From assembly GCA_964505185.1 (NCBI GenBank), contig CAZDGM010000001.1, positions 263,734 through 327,733 of the forward strand: a stretch of DNA of 64,000 nucleotides, given 5' to 3'. Source of the stretch: an uncultured Thermodesulfobacteriota bacterium. GTDB taxonomy: Bacteria > Desulfobacterota > JBBIRW01. Shown here piece by piece: positions 8,160 through 18,786 of this stretch. Each line of letters starts with the position of its first letter. Position 1 is the first letter of the stretch. Below the pieces are notes generated by a model that was given only the letters and a program-made list of their open reading frames with translations, did no database searches and was not told where the DNA came from. Made by a program: the position numbers and the translations under genes.

Positions 8160-10968
8160 CTCTTTTCCTCTTTCCAAGATAATATATTGATGGTTCTGTT
8201 CCGAGTTGCTCAAATATGCGATATGAACGGTCTGACTTTGAAAGTCTGTATAGAAATGAATTCTTATCAAGAATATTACCAAATGTAATTGCACGGGTTG
8301 GGCATGTCTGAGCACATGCAGGGATCACTTCCCCATCCCGTATGGACCTGCCTTCGTCCTTTGCTATATCACGTGCCCTTCTTATACGTTGTATGCAGAA
8401 TGTGCACTTTTCCATTACACCTGCCTGCCTTGCCGATACCTCAGGATTTAACATTCTGTCCCTTGGATATTCCCATTCATGAGGATACCAGTTAAATCTT
8501 CTGACCTTATATGGACAGTTATTCGAGCAGTATCTTGTTCCAACACATCTGTTATAGATTTGTGCATTTATTCCTTCAGGATTATGATATGTTGCATAAA
8601 CAGGGCAGACAGGCTCACATGGTGCATAATCACATTGCTGACATAGCATGAGATGGAATCTTATTCCATCCTTTTCATCATAAAATGGCTCAAGCCTGAT
8701 CCAGGACATCTCTCTTCCTTTGAGATGCTCATCAATTCCTACAATAGGAACATTGTTTTCGATATAACAAGCAGCAACACATGCAGAGCATCCTATACAG
8801 AGATCGAGATCGATAGCCATAGCCCATCGGTAATTTTCATGTTTATGTTCAGGATATAAACTCTCTTTGTGTTTTTTATTATTTTCCCTTCTATGTATGG
8901 GATAAGGTATTATACCCCTCCCTTCCTGTGACATTGAGCCTGAAAGGATTGGTATGGAAACCTTTTTTCCCGTTTTTCTTATATTTATACCTTCAATGTA
9001 TGAAAGGATTTCACCGCTTCTGGGATCGGTCAGGCCACTGTAATCTATCGATCCTCCGATCTGGACAATAAATATATCCTCTCCTATTCCTCTCTGAATC
9101 TTTGCAGGAACTCTTATAGACCATCGGTCCTTGCTAATTTCAAGCTCATCCCTTTCTGAGATATTCAATCTTTTTGCCGTTTCCTCTGAAAGGGAGACCC
9201 AGCTTCCATATGATATCGTGCTTATAGGATCTGGAATCTCCTTTAAGAGCTCGAGATCAGAAGATCTCCCATCAAAAAACCTCAGGGAAGGAGAAAAAAT
9301 AAGAAGGGGGGTTTTCATCGCTTCTGGATATTTGAGATCCCTGAGGAAGAGTTGTGCATTCTTTTCATTTAGTGATACCCTTACAGTGGAGGGGTTTTCT
9401 TCATGATAACCTTTTTCGATAAACATGTTTAGAGAATCTTTTCCATATCTTTTCTGGTAATTTCCCAAAACAAAGGATTTAAAATCTTCAGAAACAACTC
9501 TTCCACTTCTCCTCATAATTTCGATGATTAGGTCACCATCCGATTTTGTATTGAAAATGGCTTTTGTTGCAGGCTGCATAAGATTAACAAGTCCTCTTCT
9601 TGGATTTGCATCTCCCCATGATTCAAGAGAGTGAGAAAGAGGGAGGATAAGATCGCATAGTTTTGTTGTCTCATTGAAGGAGTCCGAAAGGGAGATCTTA
9701 AATCTTGCCCTAAGGAGTTTTTCTTTAATTCCAAGATGCGGAGGAAAGATAGAAACAGGATCTGTTTTAAGGAGAAAGAGTAAACCTATATCATTCTCAT
9801 CGATTGTTTTAAGGAGATTAACAAATTCCTCTGTTGTTCCTACCCTTGAGTAATTCTCTTCTCTGCTGAAATCAACAAGGCTACCAATAGATCCTGAAGC
9901 CCACTGGATTAATCCTGAGAGAACAGCCACGTCAAATCCACTGTTACTGCTGGTTGATACGCCGCCTGTTATAAGAAGCGGCTTTTTTGAATTAAGATAA
10001 GCATCCCTTATGAGAAGGATTTCTTCCTCTCTGAGCCCTGTTTTCTCTATCAGGAGATCCATAGAAAGAGGAGGAATTAATTGACCGACTGAAGCAGGAA
10101 TGTTGCCGATTGTTTTTCTTTTTTGAATAGAAGTTAGGATATAAATGAGAAGATATATCTCCGTTCCAGGATTGATTATAAATCTTTTATCAGAACATAT
10201 TCCTGTTAATGAAAGGTGTGGTTCAACATGAAACCACCTCAGGTTATTGTTTTTCCGTGCAATGGAGAATTGAACTGCATGTGAAACGGGACTGATAAAT
10301 GTCTCAAAAATATCAGCACCGATTGTTAAAAGAAAATCAGCATCCTTAATGTTATAGTAAGGTATCGAATATTTGCCGAAAAGAAATGAATTTGCCCTTC
10401 TGATTGCAGAATAATTATATATCTCAAGTTCCGGAAGTCTCTTTATATTGAATTCATGACAGAATTCATCAATGAGTGAGGAGAGGGAACCTGTTGTTCT
10501 TGATGAGAGAAAGAGGTTGTATTTTTTATCGGTCTTATGTTTTTCGATCTCCGAAATTATGGTCTGAAATGCTTGATCCCAGCTTATTGATCTGAAAACT
10601 CCATCCCTGTCCTTAGCCATGGGATTTTTTATACGGTGGGGGTTGTAGAGTCGTGTTATGGAGGCCTGACCCCTTATACATAGTGTGCCATCATTGATGG
10701 GATGATCCGGTATACCTTCAAGCTTTACAGGGTAAATACCCCTTTCCGTATCAAAGATCTTCTCATATGCTTTAACCTGAATCCCGCAGAGGGCAGGGCA
10801 TTCCGTGCAGGTTGTGTTGTAAAATACTGTCTCACCAGGTATGATCTCCTTTTCGGGTGGTATAGCGTAGGAAATGATTTTTCTTATACCTTTGTCAATG
10901 CCACAGGATGTAAGAAATGTTGATCCTGTAATAAAGCCAAGGAACTTCATGAAGTTTCTTCTATTCAT
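8152..10968 (-). CDS. actB: Alternative complex III subunit ActB (Tat-targeted molybdopterin-oxidoreductase-like domain fused to 4Fe-4S ferredoxin domain)
   Basis: Twin-arginine signal MNRRNFMKFLGF...TSCG. The N-terminal ~650 aa are molybdopterin-oxidoreductase fold. The C-terminal has 4x Cys clusters (CIGCSACVAAC, CQQCDYAPC, CPYK...). The 938-aa fused architecture is typical of ActB. Confidence 0.8.
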   Translation of the reverse strand: MNRRNFMKFLGFITGSTFLTSCGIDKGIRKIISYAIPPEKEIIPGETVFYNTTCTECPALCGIQVKAYEKIFDTERGIYPVKLEGIPDHPINDGTLCIRGQASITRLYNPHRIKNPMAKDRDGVFRSISWDQAFQTIISEIEKHKTDKKYNLFLSSRTTGSLSSLIDEFCHEFNIKRLPELEIYNYSAIRRANSFLFGKYSIPYYNIKDADFLLTIGADIFETFISPVSHAVQFSIARKNNNLRWFHVEPHLSLTGICSDKRFIINPGTEIYLLIYILTSIQKRKTIGNIPASVGQLIPPLSMDLLIEKTGLREEEILLIRDAYLNSKKPLLITGGVSTSSNSGFDVAVLSGLIQWASGSIGSLVDFSREENYSRVGTTEEFVNLLKTIDENDIGLLFLLKTDPVSIFPPHLGIKEKLLRARFKISLSDSFNETTKLCDLILPLSHSLESWGDANPRRGLVNLMQPATKAIFNTKSDGDLIIEIMRRSGRVVSEDFKSFVLGNYQKRYGKDSLNMFIEKGYHEENPSTVRVSLNEKNAQLFLRDLKYPEAMKTPLLIFSPSLRFFDGRSSDLELLKEIPDPISTISYGSWVSLSEETAKRLNISERDELEISKDRWSIRVPAKIQRGIGEDIFIVQIGGSIDYSGLTDPRSGEILSYIEGINIRKTGKKVSIPILSGSMSQEGRGIIPYPIHRRENNKKHKESLYPEHKHENYRWAMAIDLDLCIGCSACVAACYIENNVPIVGIDEHLKGREMSWIRLEPFYDEKDGIRFHLMLCQQCDYAPCEPVCPVYATYHNPEGINAQIYNRCVGTRYCSNNCPYKVRRFNWYPHEWEYPRDRMLNPEVSARQAGVMEKCTFCIQRIRRARDIAKDEGRSIRDGEVIPACAQTCPTRAITFGNILDKNSFLYRLSKSDRSYRIFEQLGTEPSIYYLGKRKRDE

Positions 10969-10980
10969 ATATCGCTCCGT

Positions 10981-11493
10981 TCATTTATGGCATGTGAGAC
11001 AATCTGTTGGTGCATCATTTACCCTGTGACATCTCACACACCAGCCCATCTTTAAAGTTCTTACTTTTCTTACCCTGTCCATGATCTGTACTTCACCGTG
11101 GCACTGCGAGCATTCTATCCCCTTCTTTATATGTCTTTTGTGTGAGAAATATACATGATCGGGAAGTTTGTGAATCCGGATCCATTCTATGGGTTTACGC
11201 TGTTCCCAGTATGAAGTAAGTTTCTTTATTTCAGGCCTTTCTGTGGCAACTGCCCTGTGGCAATCCATACATTTCTGGATATGAGGGATTCCCGCATTTT
11301 TTGATTTATCAGCGTAAACATGACAGAAGTTGCAGGGAAGACCAACCTTTGTGACATGTATACGGTGGCTGAAGGCAATGGGCTGAATGGGTGACCCATC
11401 ATAGTAGTAGTTGTAATAGCCCATTGCTAAAAATATGATGGAGAAGATGGATGCATAGCATGAAATGGTGGCAAGAACAAGGGATCTTCTCAC
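10981..11493 (-). CDS. actA: Alternative complex III pentahaem cytochrome c subunit ActA
   Basis: Five CxxCH motifs (CNFCH, CMDCH, CSQCH, CVRCH, CLTCH) in 170 aa with an N-terminal TM anchor. Confidence 0.8.
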   Translation of the reverse strand: MRRSLVLATISCYASIFSIIFLAMGYYNYYYDGSPIQPIAFSHRIHVTKVGLPCNFCHVYADKSKNAGIPHIQKCMDCHRAVATERPEIKKLTSYWEQRKPIEWIRIHKLPDHVYFSHKRHIKKGIECSQCHGEVQIMDRVRKVRTLKMGWCVRCHRVNDAPTDCLTCHK

Positions 11494-11502
11494 ATTCTCC
11501 TC

Positions 11503-12738
11503 CTACTTTTTCTCTCCGATCTCCTTCAGGAGATAGAATGAGACAGCCTCAATTTCATCATCTGGAAGTCCCAGGTTCGGCATTGGAGGATAGGATGGAT
11601 CTTTTTTCACAGGATTCTTTATGAATTTTTTAAGCTCATCAACCTTATTCCTGTAAGATGGAATAACAGCATTTAAAGGAGGACCAACAACCCTTTGGGT
11701 GAAGCTGTGACAGGCTGAGCAGATTGTTTTGAAAACCTTCTCGCCCTTTTCAAGGATTGCCTTCTCATCCAATTCAACCTTTTTCTTTTCAGCCCTTACC
11801 TCTTCTTTAACAGCCTGTGCTTTTGCTAATAATAACATGGTATTTTCTCTATGTGATGTTTCTCTTTCGATATATTCCATGCCGGAAACAATCATAAATT
11901 GCAATATGAAAAGGATGAGTATGCTATATTTGTATTCGGATTTTATTCCATCAAGGCGGTTGTAAAGGAGCCAAATGGAGATAGATGATGCCAGTGTTAA
12001 GAGTATTGATAGCAGAAATATAAAGGGTGATAGAGAAGGCTCAGGGAGGGTATAGATATACCAGAGGGAAAGCGGAGGTATAAAGATAAGCAATATCAGT
12101 GAGGAATAGGTTATGGCATTTCTGAGGTTAAAAAAAACTGCAAAGGTTGAGAAGGCAAATGAAAGCGCAAGAACAATAATCCGCAGGTATCTTACAACCG
12201 CATTCCATGAGATAAGCGGATCAATTGGATTCAAAAATAGATGGACCCTCTCCCTGTTTGATAGTGATGAAAGAACAGATGAGAGGATGTAAAGGGAGAA
12301 AAGCAGTGTCAGGATTGAGAAGATGGATGAAAGCAGTGCGATTGCGGGTTTTGTGCGAATAAGGTTTACTGTTGATCGATAAATATAAAGAAATATAAAT
12401 GAAACGAAGAGAAGGATATTGGAGAATAATGAAAGATTGACGAGATTCTTGTTCTCTATCATACCTGTTTCAATAAAAACAAGGAGTGCTATAATTGGCG
12501 GCAGGAGTCCTGCAAGAAATAAAAGACCCTTGCTCTTTGCAATGGTATTTATGATCGAGTGGGCGAGTTCAGATGAGAAGTGATTAGTTCCCCTGCCTCG
12601 GAGAAGAAGGAGGGAGAGGATCAAATATCCGAGAATAATGGATATGAAGGGGTAGAAGATAACAAATGCAAGTATTGAAATGTATCGAAGCGTTATTATA
12701 TGTTCAGGTTTGATAGCGATGGGATACTCCTGCATCAT
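11503..12738 (-). CDS. Polytopic membrane protein (~8 TM) with C-terminal monohaem class-I cytochrome c domain (CSACH...PPMP)
   Basis: Hydrophobic helices across ~300 aa, then a coiled-coil linker (EEVRAEKKKVELDEKAILEKGEK), then CSACH and a Met ligand region (SYPPMP). Located between coxB and actA. Confidence 0.6.
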   Translation of the reverse strand: MMQEYPIAIKPEHIITLRYISILAFVIFYPFISIILGYLILSLLLLRGRGTNHFSSELAHSIINTIAKSKGLLFLAGLLPPIIALLVFIETGMIENKNLVNLSLFSNILLFVSFIFLYIYRSTVNLIRTKPAIALLSSIFSILTLLFSLYILSSVLSSLSNRERVHLFLNPIDPLISWNAVVRYLRIIVLALSFAFSTFAVFFNLRNAITYSSLILLIFIPPLSLWYIYTLPEPSLSPFIFLLSILLTLASSISIWLLYNRLDGIKSEYKYSILILFILQFMIVSGMEYIERETSHRENTMLLLAKAQAVKEEVRAEKKKVELDEKAILEKGEKVFKTICSACHSFTQRVVGPPLNAVIPSYRNKVDELKKFIKNPVKKDPSYPPMPNLGLPDDEIEAVSFYLLKEIGEKK

Positions 12739-12801
12739 CAGGATTTTAATTTATATTATAGAAAAATAATAAAATTCATTCCCTATTTTAATTTTTTAAT
12801 A

Positions 12802-13395
12802 TCACTGCCCCGCTTCATACCATTTTACAAAGTCCTCTTCCGGCACCACAATTAGCTTTGAAAGCATATAGGAATGTCTGAGACCACAATACTCAGCACA
12901 TAATATATCGTATTCTCCCTGTATGTCTGTTTTAAACCAGAGGTGCGTTTTCATACCGGGGACAGCATCCTGTTTTATTCTTAAGGCGGGTATATATAGG
13001 CTGTGGATTACATCCATTGATGTAATGGTTAGCTTTACTGGCCTGCCGGCTGGCACATAAAGTTGATCGCTTTCTTTTCCATTTTCATACCTGAATGTCC
13101 ATGACCACATGCGTGCCGTAACATTTACATCCATCGATCCTTCGGGTATTTTACCCAGAACCCTATACCCTGTCCATCCGTAATAGAACATCGATAATAC
13201 AAGGATTATCGGGATAATGGTCCATGCGATCTCGAGGTAGGGATTTTCTGTGATATCAGCGGGCACCGGATTTCTCTTTCTGTTGAACCTGATAAGACAG
13301 TAGATCATGAAAACAGTGATTGAAATTAGAAGAAAGACTGAGATACCAGCTATATAGAAGAATGTGTTATCTACTCTTTCTGCAAAATTTTCCAT
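12802..13395 (-). CDS. coxB: Cytochrome c oxidase subunit II (CuA cupredoxin domain; no fused cytochrome c domain)
   Basis: Two N-terminal TM helices. CuA ligands HSLYIP ... CAEYCGLRHSYM. Confidence 0.85.
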   Translation of the reverse strand: MENFAERVDNTFFYIAGISVFLLISITVFMIYCLIRFNRKRNPVPADITENPYLEIAWTIIPIILVLSMFYYGWTGYRVLGKIPEGSMDVNVTARMWSWTFRYENGKESDQLYVPAGRPVKLTITSMDVIHSLYIPALRIKQDAVPGMKTHLWFKTDIQGEYDILCAEYCGLRHSYMLSKLIVVPEEDFVKWYEAGQ

Positions 13396-13403
13396 AAGTA
13401 ACT

Positions 13404-13697
13404 CTACCTAAAAGAGATATCAAAAAATGTGAATCCTATAATTATCGCAAGGGTAATAACAGAAAGAAGGAGCATGAAATGGAATAGGCGATCCTCATAT
13501 TTCAGATGCATAAAGAAGTTAAGAACCAGTAATGATTTGAATGATGCGATTGATAGCGCTGTGAGAACAGCAATTTTTCCGAGATTAAGAGCTGCTATAG
13601 TGACTGTAAATGCGGTGAGAACAATGAGAGATATCCACACGAAAAAATATGTCAAAAAGCCTGCTTCGTTTCTTTCGTTTTCCATTCCGATCCTCAT
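13404..13697 (-). CDS. coxD: Cytochrome c oxidase subunit IV (small bacterial CoxD/CtaF type)
   Basis: A 97-aa protein with 3 TM helices between coxB and coxC, overlapping coxC by 4 nt. Confidence 0.55.
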   Translation of the reverse strand: MRIGMENERNEAGFLTYFFVWISLIVLTAFTVTIAALNLGKIAVLTALSIASFKSLLVLNFFMHLKYEDRLFHFMLLLSVITLAIIIGFTFFDISFR

Positions 13698-14323
13698 GTT
13701 ATCAGATAAAAAAGTGGAAAGAGGTATATCCAGATTATATCCACAAAATGCCAGTATAGCCCTGTATTTTCAAGTTTAACAAAGTCATGCCTGTTTATAT
13801 TTTCCCTAAGGAGTAATACAAAAATTATGAAAAGGACAAAGATGCCTGCAAGAACATGTAAGGCATGAAGCCCTGTCATAACAAAGTAAAGATTGTAAAA
13901 AAGGACAACAGATGAATCTATGCCGGAAAGTGCTCCTGATCCCGGATAGATACCGTGTTCAATCTTATCCCCCCATTCAAAATATTTGTTCAAAAGGAAT
14001 AAAAGTCCGAAGATGATGGTGATCATGAGAAAGGAAGCGGATCTTATTCTACTTCCATTTTTTATAGAGAATATCGAGATAGCCATTGTGAGGCTGCTTG
14101 TAAGAAGAATTATTGTGTTTAACGTGCCTATTGCTATGTTGAGATCCTTTGCTGCAACATGGAATGAGATGGGATACTTTGCCCTGTATGTGGAATAAAG
14201 GAGAAAAAGACCGCCAAAAAGAAGCATTTCCGTAAATAAAAATAACCACATACCGATCTTTGAGCCAGTATAATCAGTGTGTTTTTCAACAGAAAAAGAA
14301 GTAATACCGAACATGAAAATCAC
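13694..14323 (-). CDS. coxC: Cytochrome c oxidase subunit III
   Basis: 209 aa with 5 TM helices and C-terminal [11 protein letters not shown], the conserved HxVDVVW motif. Confidence 0.8.
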   Translation of the reverse strand: MIFMFGITSFSVEKHTDYTGSKIGMWLFLFTEMLLFGGLFLLYSTYRAKYPISFHVAAKDLNIAIGTLNTIILLTSSLTMAISIFSIKNGSRIRSASFLMITIIFGLLFLLNKYFEWGDKIEHGIYPGSGALSGIDSSVVLFYNLYFVMTGLHALHVLAGIFVLFIIFVLLLRENINRHDFVKLENTGLYWHFVDIIWIYLFPLFYLIT

Positions 14324-15945
14324 CTTTTGAAATCATAGGGTCCTGCGCTGACAGCAGGTATATGCTCGAAGTTCTCAGGGGGCGGAGGAGACTGTATCTG
14401 CCATTCAAGCGTGCTTCCACCCCATAGATTATGTTCTGCCTTTTCACCATATTTCAGAGAATATATAAAATTGTAAAACATAATGATAAGACCAGTTGCA
14501 AGGATCCAGGAGCCAATGGTTGACATCAGATGAAGGGTATGGAATCTCGGAAGATAGTCATAATATCTCCTCGGCATTCCCTCCCATCCAAGAATAAACA
14601 TGGGAAAGTATAAAATATTAAAACCTGTAAAAAGAATGAGCCAGGCAATATTTGCAAGTCTTATGTTATACATCTTTCCAAACATCTTTGGAAACCAGTA
14701 GTGAAGTGCACCGAAAAAGGCAAAGGCAGTTCCCCCAAACATCGTATAATGGAAATGGCCAACGACAAAATATGTATCATGTATATGAACATCAGTGGCG
14801 AGTGCTCCATTTATAAGACCAGTTAAACCACCTATGGAAAACGCAAATATGAACGAGAGTGCATATAGCAGTGGAGGGGCAATTTCAATTGATCCTCCAT
14901 ACAGTGTTGCAACCCAGTTGAATGTCTTAACTCCACTTGGTATTGCTACGAGAAATGTTAACAGGGAAAATACCCACTTTGCAGTATCACTCATTCCGCT
15001 TGTGAACATGTGGTGTCCCCATACAAGATATCCAACGAGTGCTATGGAAAGACTCGAGAATGCTATTGCCTTATATCCGAATATATTCTTCTTTGAAAAA
15101 ACGGGGATTATTTCTGAGATAACACCCATCGCAGGAAGGATCATTATGTAAACAGCAGGGTGTGAATAGATCCAGAAGAGATGCTGAAACAGTAGAGGAT
15201 CACCCCCCTTTGCTGGATCAAAAAAGCCGATCCCAAAAAATCTTTCGCATATGATAAGAATTAGTGTTATTCCAACAACAGGTGTTGCAAGAAGCTGGAC
15301 CCAGCCTGTTGCATAAAGTGACCATACAAAAAGGGGCATGCGGAACCATCCCATTCCAGGTGCCCTCAATCTGTGTATGGTTGTCACGAAATTAAGTCCT
15401 GTTAGTATTGAGGAAAATCCAATTAAAAATGCACCCAAGACAGCGAGGGACACATTTGTTCCTGTTCTTATGCTGTATGGTGCATAGAACGTCCATCCTG
15501 TGTCAATAGGACCACCGCCTGTAAAAAGTGATATCACAGCAAGTGTTGCTCCTCCCATGAAGAAATACCATGACAGAAGATTTATCCTCGGAAACGATAC
15601 ATCCCTTGCACCTATGTGTATGGGAAGAAAGAAATTCCCGAAGGCAGCAGGTATTCCAGGGATAACAAATAAAAATATCATTATGACCCCATGAAGGGTG
15701 AATATGGAATTATACGTCTGCGGACCCATTATGGTTCTTCCTGGTGCAATAAGCTCAAGCCTCATAAGAAGTCCAAGGATAACACCGATAGAGAAGAAAG
15801 AAAGCATGGAGAGAAGGTAGAGTATGCCTATCCTCTTATGGTTCGTTGATAGGATCCAGGAAAGTATCCCCTGATATCTCCCTTTTTCTTCAAGGAAGCT
15901 AATCGTGTGCAGTCTCTGGAGATTGGACTCCTTTGTCATATTCAA
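14320..15945 (-). CDS. coxA: Cytochrome c oxidase subunit I (haem-copper oxidase catalytic subunit)
   Basis: 541 aa with 12 TM helices. Motifs [34 protein letters not shown]. Confidence 0.9.
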   Translation of the reverse strand: MNMTKESNLQRLHTISFLEEKGRYQGILSWILSTNHKRIGILYLLSMLSFFSIGVILGLLMRLELIAPGRTIMGPQTYNSIFTLHGVIMIFLFVIPGIPAAFGNFFLPIHIGARDVSFPRINLLSWYFFMGGATLAVISLFTGGGPIDTGWTFYAPYSIRTGTNVSLAVLGAFLIGFSSILTGLNFVTTIHRLRAPGMGWFRMPLFVWSLYATGWVQLLATPVVGITLILIICERFFGIGFFDPAKGGDPLLFQHLFWIYSHPAVYIMILPAMGVISEIIPVFSKKNIFGYKAIAFSSLSIALVGYLVWGHHMFTSGMSDTAKWVFSLLTFLVAIPSGVKTFNWVATLYGGSIEIAPPLLYALSFIFAFSIGGLTGLINGALATDVHIHDTYFVVGHFHYTMFGGTAFAFFGALHYWFPKMFGKMYNIRLANIAWLILFTGFNILYFPMFILGWEGMPRRYYDYLPRFHTLHLMSTIGSWILATGLIIMFYNFIYSLKYGEKAEHNLWGGSTLEWQIQSPPPPENFEHIPAVSAGPYDFKR

Positions 15946-16754
15946 CCCCTGCTTCCCCTGTTTCTCAAAAGAAATATTGAGAATCCAGCAAGTGAAAGTA
16001 GTATGATTACACCTCCAATCCTTGTTATATTAAGCACGTATCTCCTGGCTTCGGGATCATAACTGTAGCAAAGAAGAAGCACTTTATTTATAGTCGCCCC
16101 CGTTCTTCCTTCAGATGCCTCCGCAATAGCCATTTTCAGATCGAATGGAAGGAGTGCCTTTCCAGGAACATAACGGATAATTTTACCGTCACTTGAAAGA
16201 ACAAGCAGTGAAACAGGATGTATAAATTCATCACCCTTTCTTTTGAAATTAAACCCGATTGCATCGGTGAGCCTTTTAATCGATTCTCTATCTCCTGTGA
16301 GAAATTTCCACGAATCATCAGGAATCTTTTTCTTGATAATCTTTTGAAAAATCCTCTTTTTTTCAAATGCCTTTTCCGGCTTATCATTTTCATCAAAGCT
16401 AAATGTTATTATGGAGTAGTCTCTTCCTGGTTCTGCCTCCATCTTATCAACGAGACGTGCAATCTCTTCAAGGAGAAGATTGCAAACATTGGGACAGCTG
16501 AAGTAAACAGGAGAAAGTATCACCGGCGTCTTAAAGAGTTCCTTGATCGAAACAACCTTCCCATTCTCATCGGTAAAAACCAGATCCAGAGGGATAAATT
16601 TACCTGTTCTATCCTCTATAATTACCTCTTCCCTCTCTTCCATCGCATCCGTATGTGCCTTTAACGGATATGTGGAAGAGATTAACAGAATAGTTATTAT
16701 GGGCAGATATTCTCCTAAGAATGCAAAGATTTTTCGCAAAAATACTCTTATCAT
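15942..16754 (-). CDS. sco: SCO1/SenC family copper chaperone (thioredoxin-like, CPNVC motif)
   Basis: N-terminal TM helix. FSCPNVC (CxxxC), a conserved H later. First gene of the cox operon, overlapping coxA start. Confidence 0.75.
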   Translation of the reverse strand: MIRVFLRKIFAFLGEYLPIITILLISSTYPLKAHTDAMEEREEVIIEDRTGKFIPLDLVFTDENGKVVSIKELFKTPVILSPVYFSCPNVCNLLLEEIARLVDKMEAEPGRDYSIITFSFDENDKPEKAFEKKRIFQKIIKKKIPDDSWKFLTGDRESIKRLTDAIGFNFKRKGDEFIHPVSLLVLSSDGKIIRYVPGKALLPFDLKMAIAEASEGRTGATINKVLLLCYSYDPEARRYVLNITRIGGVIILLSLAGFSIFLLRNRGSRG

Positions 16755-16876
16755 CTCCAGAGATTAATATAATCACTGAATCGCCCAGAATCAATCACTG
16801 GCAAGGAGGTCATTTAATTGAGGGAGATCGTATCATATAATAAAAAATTGGGTTGATATTGGAAAAGGAGGTTTTC

Positions 16877-17278
16877 ATGAAGGGTGTAGTATTGTTACTT
16901 TCAAGGGTATTTATTTCGATTATCTTTATCATTTCATGTATAACAAAGATAATCGACCCATCAGGGACGATAAACTATATGAGGGCATATGGAATGCCTT
17001 ATCCGGGTTTTTTCCTAATAGGTGCAATTTTACTCGAGGGGATCGGAGGTCTTTCCCTTCTACTTGGAATCAGGACAAAATGGGGAAGTTTAATGCTGCT
17101 GATCTTTTTAATACCAACAACAATAATCTTCCATACAGACTTCTCTCAGCGGCTTCAGGCAATCATGTTTTTAAAAAATCTTGCGATAATGGGTGGTCTG
17201 TTAACATACCTCTATGCTGAACCTGGCCCATTGAGTTTGGATTATAGATTTTTGAAAGAATATAAAGGAGAATCCTGA
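16877..17278 (+). CDS. doxX: DoxX family membrane protein
   Basis: Four-TM DoxX-like hydrophobic profile. AAGGAGG RBS before ATG 16877. Stop overlaps ndh start (TGATG). Confidence 0.7.
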   Translation: MKGVVLLLSRVFISIIFIISCITKIIDPSGTINYMRAYGMPYPGFFLIGAILLEGIGGLSLLLGIRTKWGSLMLLIFLIPTTIIFHTDFSQRLQAIMFLKNLAIMGGLLTYLYAEPGPLSLDYRFLKEYKGES

Positions 17279-18537
17279 TGCCTGAAGCCCCAAGGATTGT
17301 TATAATAGGCGCTGGTTTTGGTGGACTGTGGGCACTGAAATCGCTGAGTAGAATAGATGCAGAGATAGTTCTTATAGACAGGAATAATTATCATACCTTC
17401 TTTCCACTTCTATATCAAATTGCTGCCTCAGAGCTTGAACCCGAGGATATTGTCTATCCTGTAAGGAGTATTCTAAGAAAATTTCAGTCAGTAAAGTTTA
17501 TAATGGGTGAGGTAAAGGGTATCGATATAAAGAAAAGAATGATTGTTGGTGATGACTTCACTATTGGCTATGATTACCTGGTAATCGCATCAGGAAGCAT
17601 ATCGAATTTTTTTAATGTGAAGGGTGCAGCCGAATATAGTTTTCCCTTAAAGACGCTGGATGATGCCATTTACCTAAGGAACCATATACTCTCATGCTTT
17701 GAACATGCAGTTCACGAAAGGGATGGGGGAAAGAGAGGAAGGATGCTTACATTCTGTATAGTTGGAGGTGGCCCAACAGGTGTGGAGTTTGCAGGAGCGC
17801 TGGCAGAGCTTATAAGGGGTCCTATTGCAAAGGATTTTCCATCCATTGATATGAGTGAAGTAAAACTGATCCTCATTGAGGCCGGAGGGTTTCTTCTCCC
17901 TGGCATCCCGGAGAAACTGTCCCGTTATACAGCTGAAAGACTTAAATCAATGGGTGTTGATGTAAGATTGAACAGTATTGTTACGGAGATAGGGGCTGAT
18001 TATATTTTAATAAAGGAAGGGAAGAGGATTGATACAGAGACTGTTGTATGGACAGCAGGTGTTCGTGGAAGCAGATTAGCAGAGGAATCAGGTTTGAAAA
18101 CTATTAAAGGTGGAAGGGTTCCTGTTCTGCCCACACTTCAGGTGATGGAAGATCAAAGGGTTTATGTTATAGGCGATCTTGCTTATCTTGAGGAAGATGG
18201 AAAAGTTCTTCCCATGATTGCCCCTGTTGCAATTCAGCAGGGACTCCAGACAGGAAGAAACATAGCTTGTCAGATTCATGGCACTGATCCTATTCCTTTC
18301 AGATATAATGATAAGGGAACAATGGTTACAATAGGCCGCAACAAGGCTGTTGCACATCTGAGGGGTTTTGGATTTACTGGTTTCCCTGCGTGGGTAATAT
18401 GGCTTAGTGTTCATCTTTTTAACCTTATCGGATTCAGAAACAGGCTTATAGTTTTGATAAACTGGGCATGGGATTATATCTTTTATGAAAGGGCAATAAG
18501 ATTAATACTTCCAAAAAACATGAAGGTAAAAGGATGA
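17278..18537 (+). CDS. ndh: Type II NADH:quinone oxidoreductase (NDH-2) / FAD-dependent pyridine nucleotide-disulfide oxidoreductase
   Basis: [12 protein letters not shown] dinucleotide fold. HTFFPLLYQ motif. Second GG motif [14 protein letters not shown]. Confidence 0.75.
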   Translation: MPEAPRIVIIGAGFGGLWALKSLSRIDAEIVLIDRNNYHTFFPLLYQIAASELEPEDIVYPVRSILRKFQSVKFIMGEVKGIDIKKRMIVGDDFTIGYDYLVIASGSISNFFNVKGAAEYSFPLKTLDDAIYLRNHILSCFEHAVHERDGGKRGRMLTFCIVGGGPTGVEFAGALAELIRGPIAKDFPSIDMSEVKLILIEAGGFLLPGIPEKLSRYTAERLKSMGVDVRLNSIVTEIGADYILIKEGKRIDTETVVWTAGVRGSRLAEESGLKTIKGGRVPVLPTLQVMEDQRVYVIGDLAYLEEDGKVLPMIAPVAIQQGLQTGRNIACQIHGTDPIPFRYNDKGTMVTIGRNKAVAHLRGFGFTGFPAWVIWLSVHLFNLIGFRNRLIVLINWAWDYIFYERAIRLILPKNMKVKG

Positions 18538-18707
18538 TCGATACATTTTTGAGATACAGGTGCACAGTCTGTGGATATGTTTATGATCCTGAGAAGGGGG
18601 ATCCGGAATCAGATGTTAGAGAAGGGACACCCTTTGATCAACTTCCCGAAGACTGGGTCTGTCCCGTCTGTGGGGCACCCAAGAGCGAATTTGTATGCGA
18701 AATATAA
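18534..18707 (+). CDS. Rubredoxin (57 aa)
   Basis: [57 protein letters not shown] has two CxxCG knuckles. ATG overlaps ndh stop (ATGA). Not in the ORF track because it is under 60 aa. Confidence 0.85.
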   Translation: MIDTFLRYRCTVCGYVYDPEKGDPESDVREGTPFDQLPEDWVCPVCGAPKSEFVCEI

Positions 18708-18786
18708 TCAGAATATGATTTCGCTCATAGATTTAGTCCGAAGATGGATTTAACATGTTGAAAATTTCAGATGGGAGGTTTTCAAT

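Noticed and set aside
12739-12801. 63-bp extremely AT-rich spacer between coxB and the membrane-cytochrome c gene, considered as an internal promoter or small RNA
   Set aside because: There are no clear -35/-10 pair or hairpins. It is probably just an intercistronic spacer.
13429-13779. 116-aa plus-strand ORF antisense to coxD/coxC
   Set aside because: It overlaps conserved oxidase subunits on the opposite strand. Its composition looks like a mirror-frame artefact.
18571-18753. 60-aa [13 protein letters not shown]...
   Set aside because: It is the wrong frame over the genuine rubredoxin gene (18534-18707). It has no motif and no RBS.
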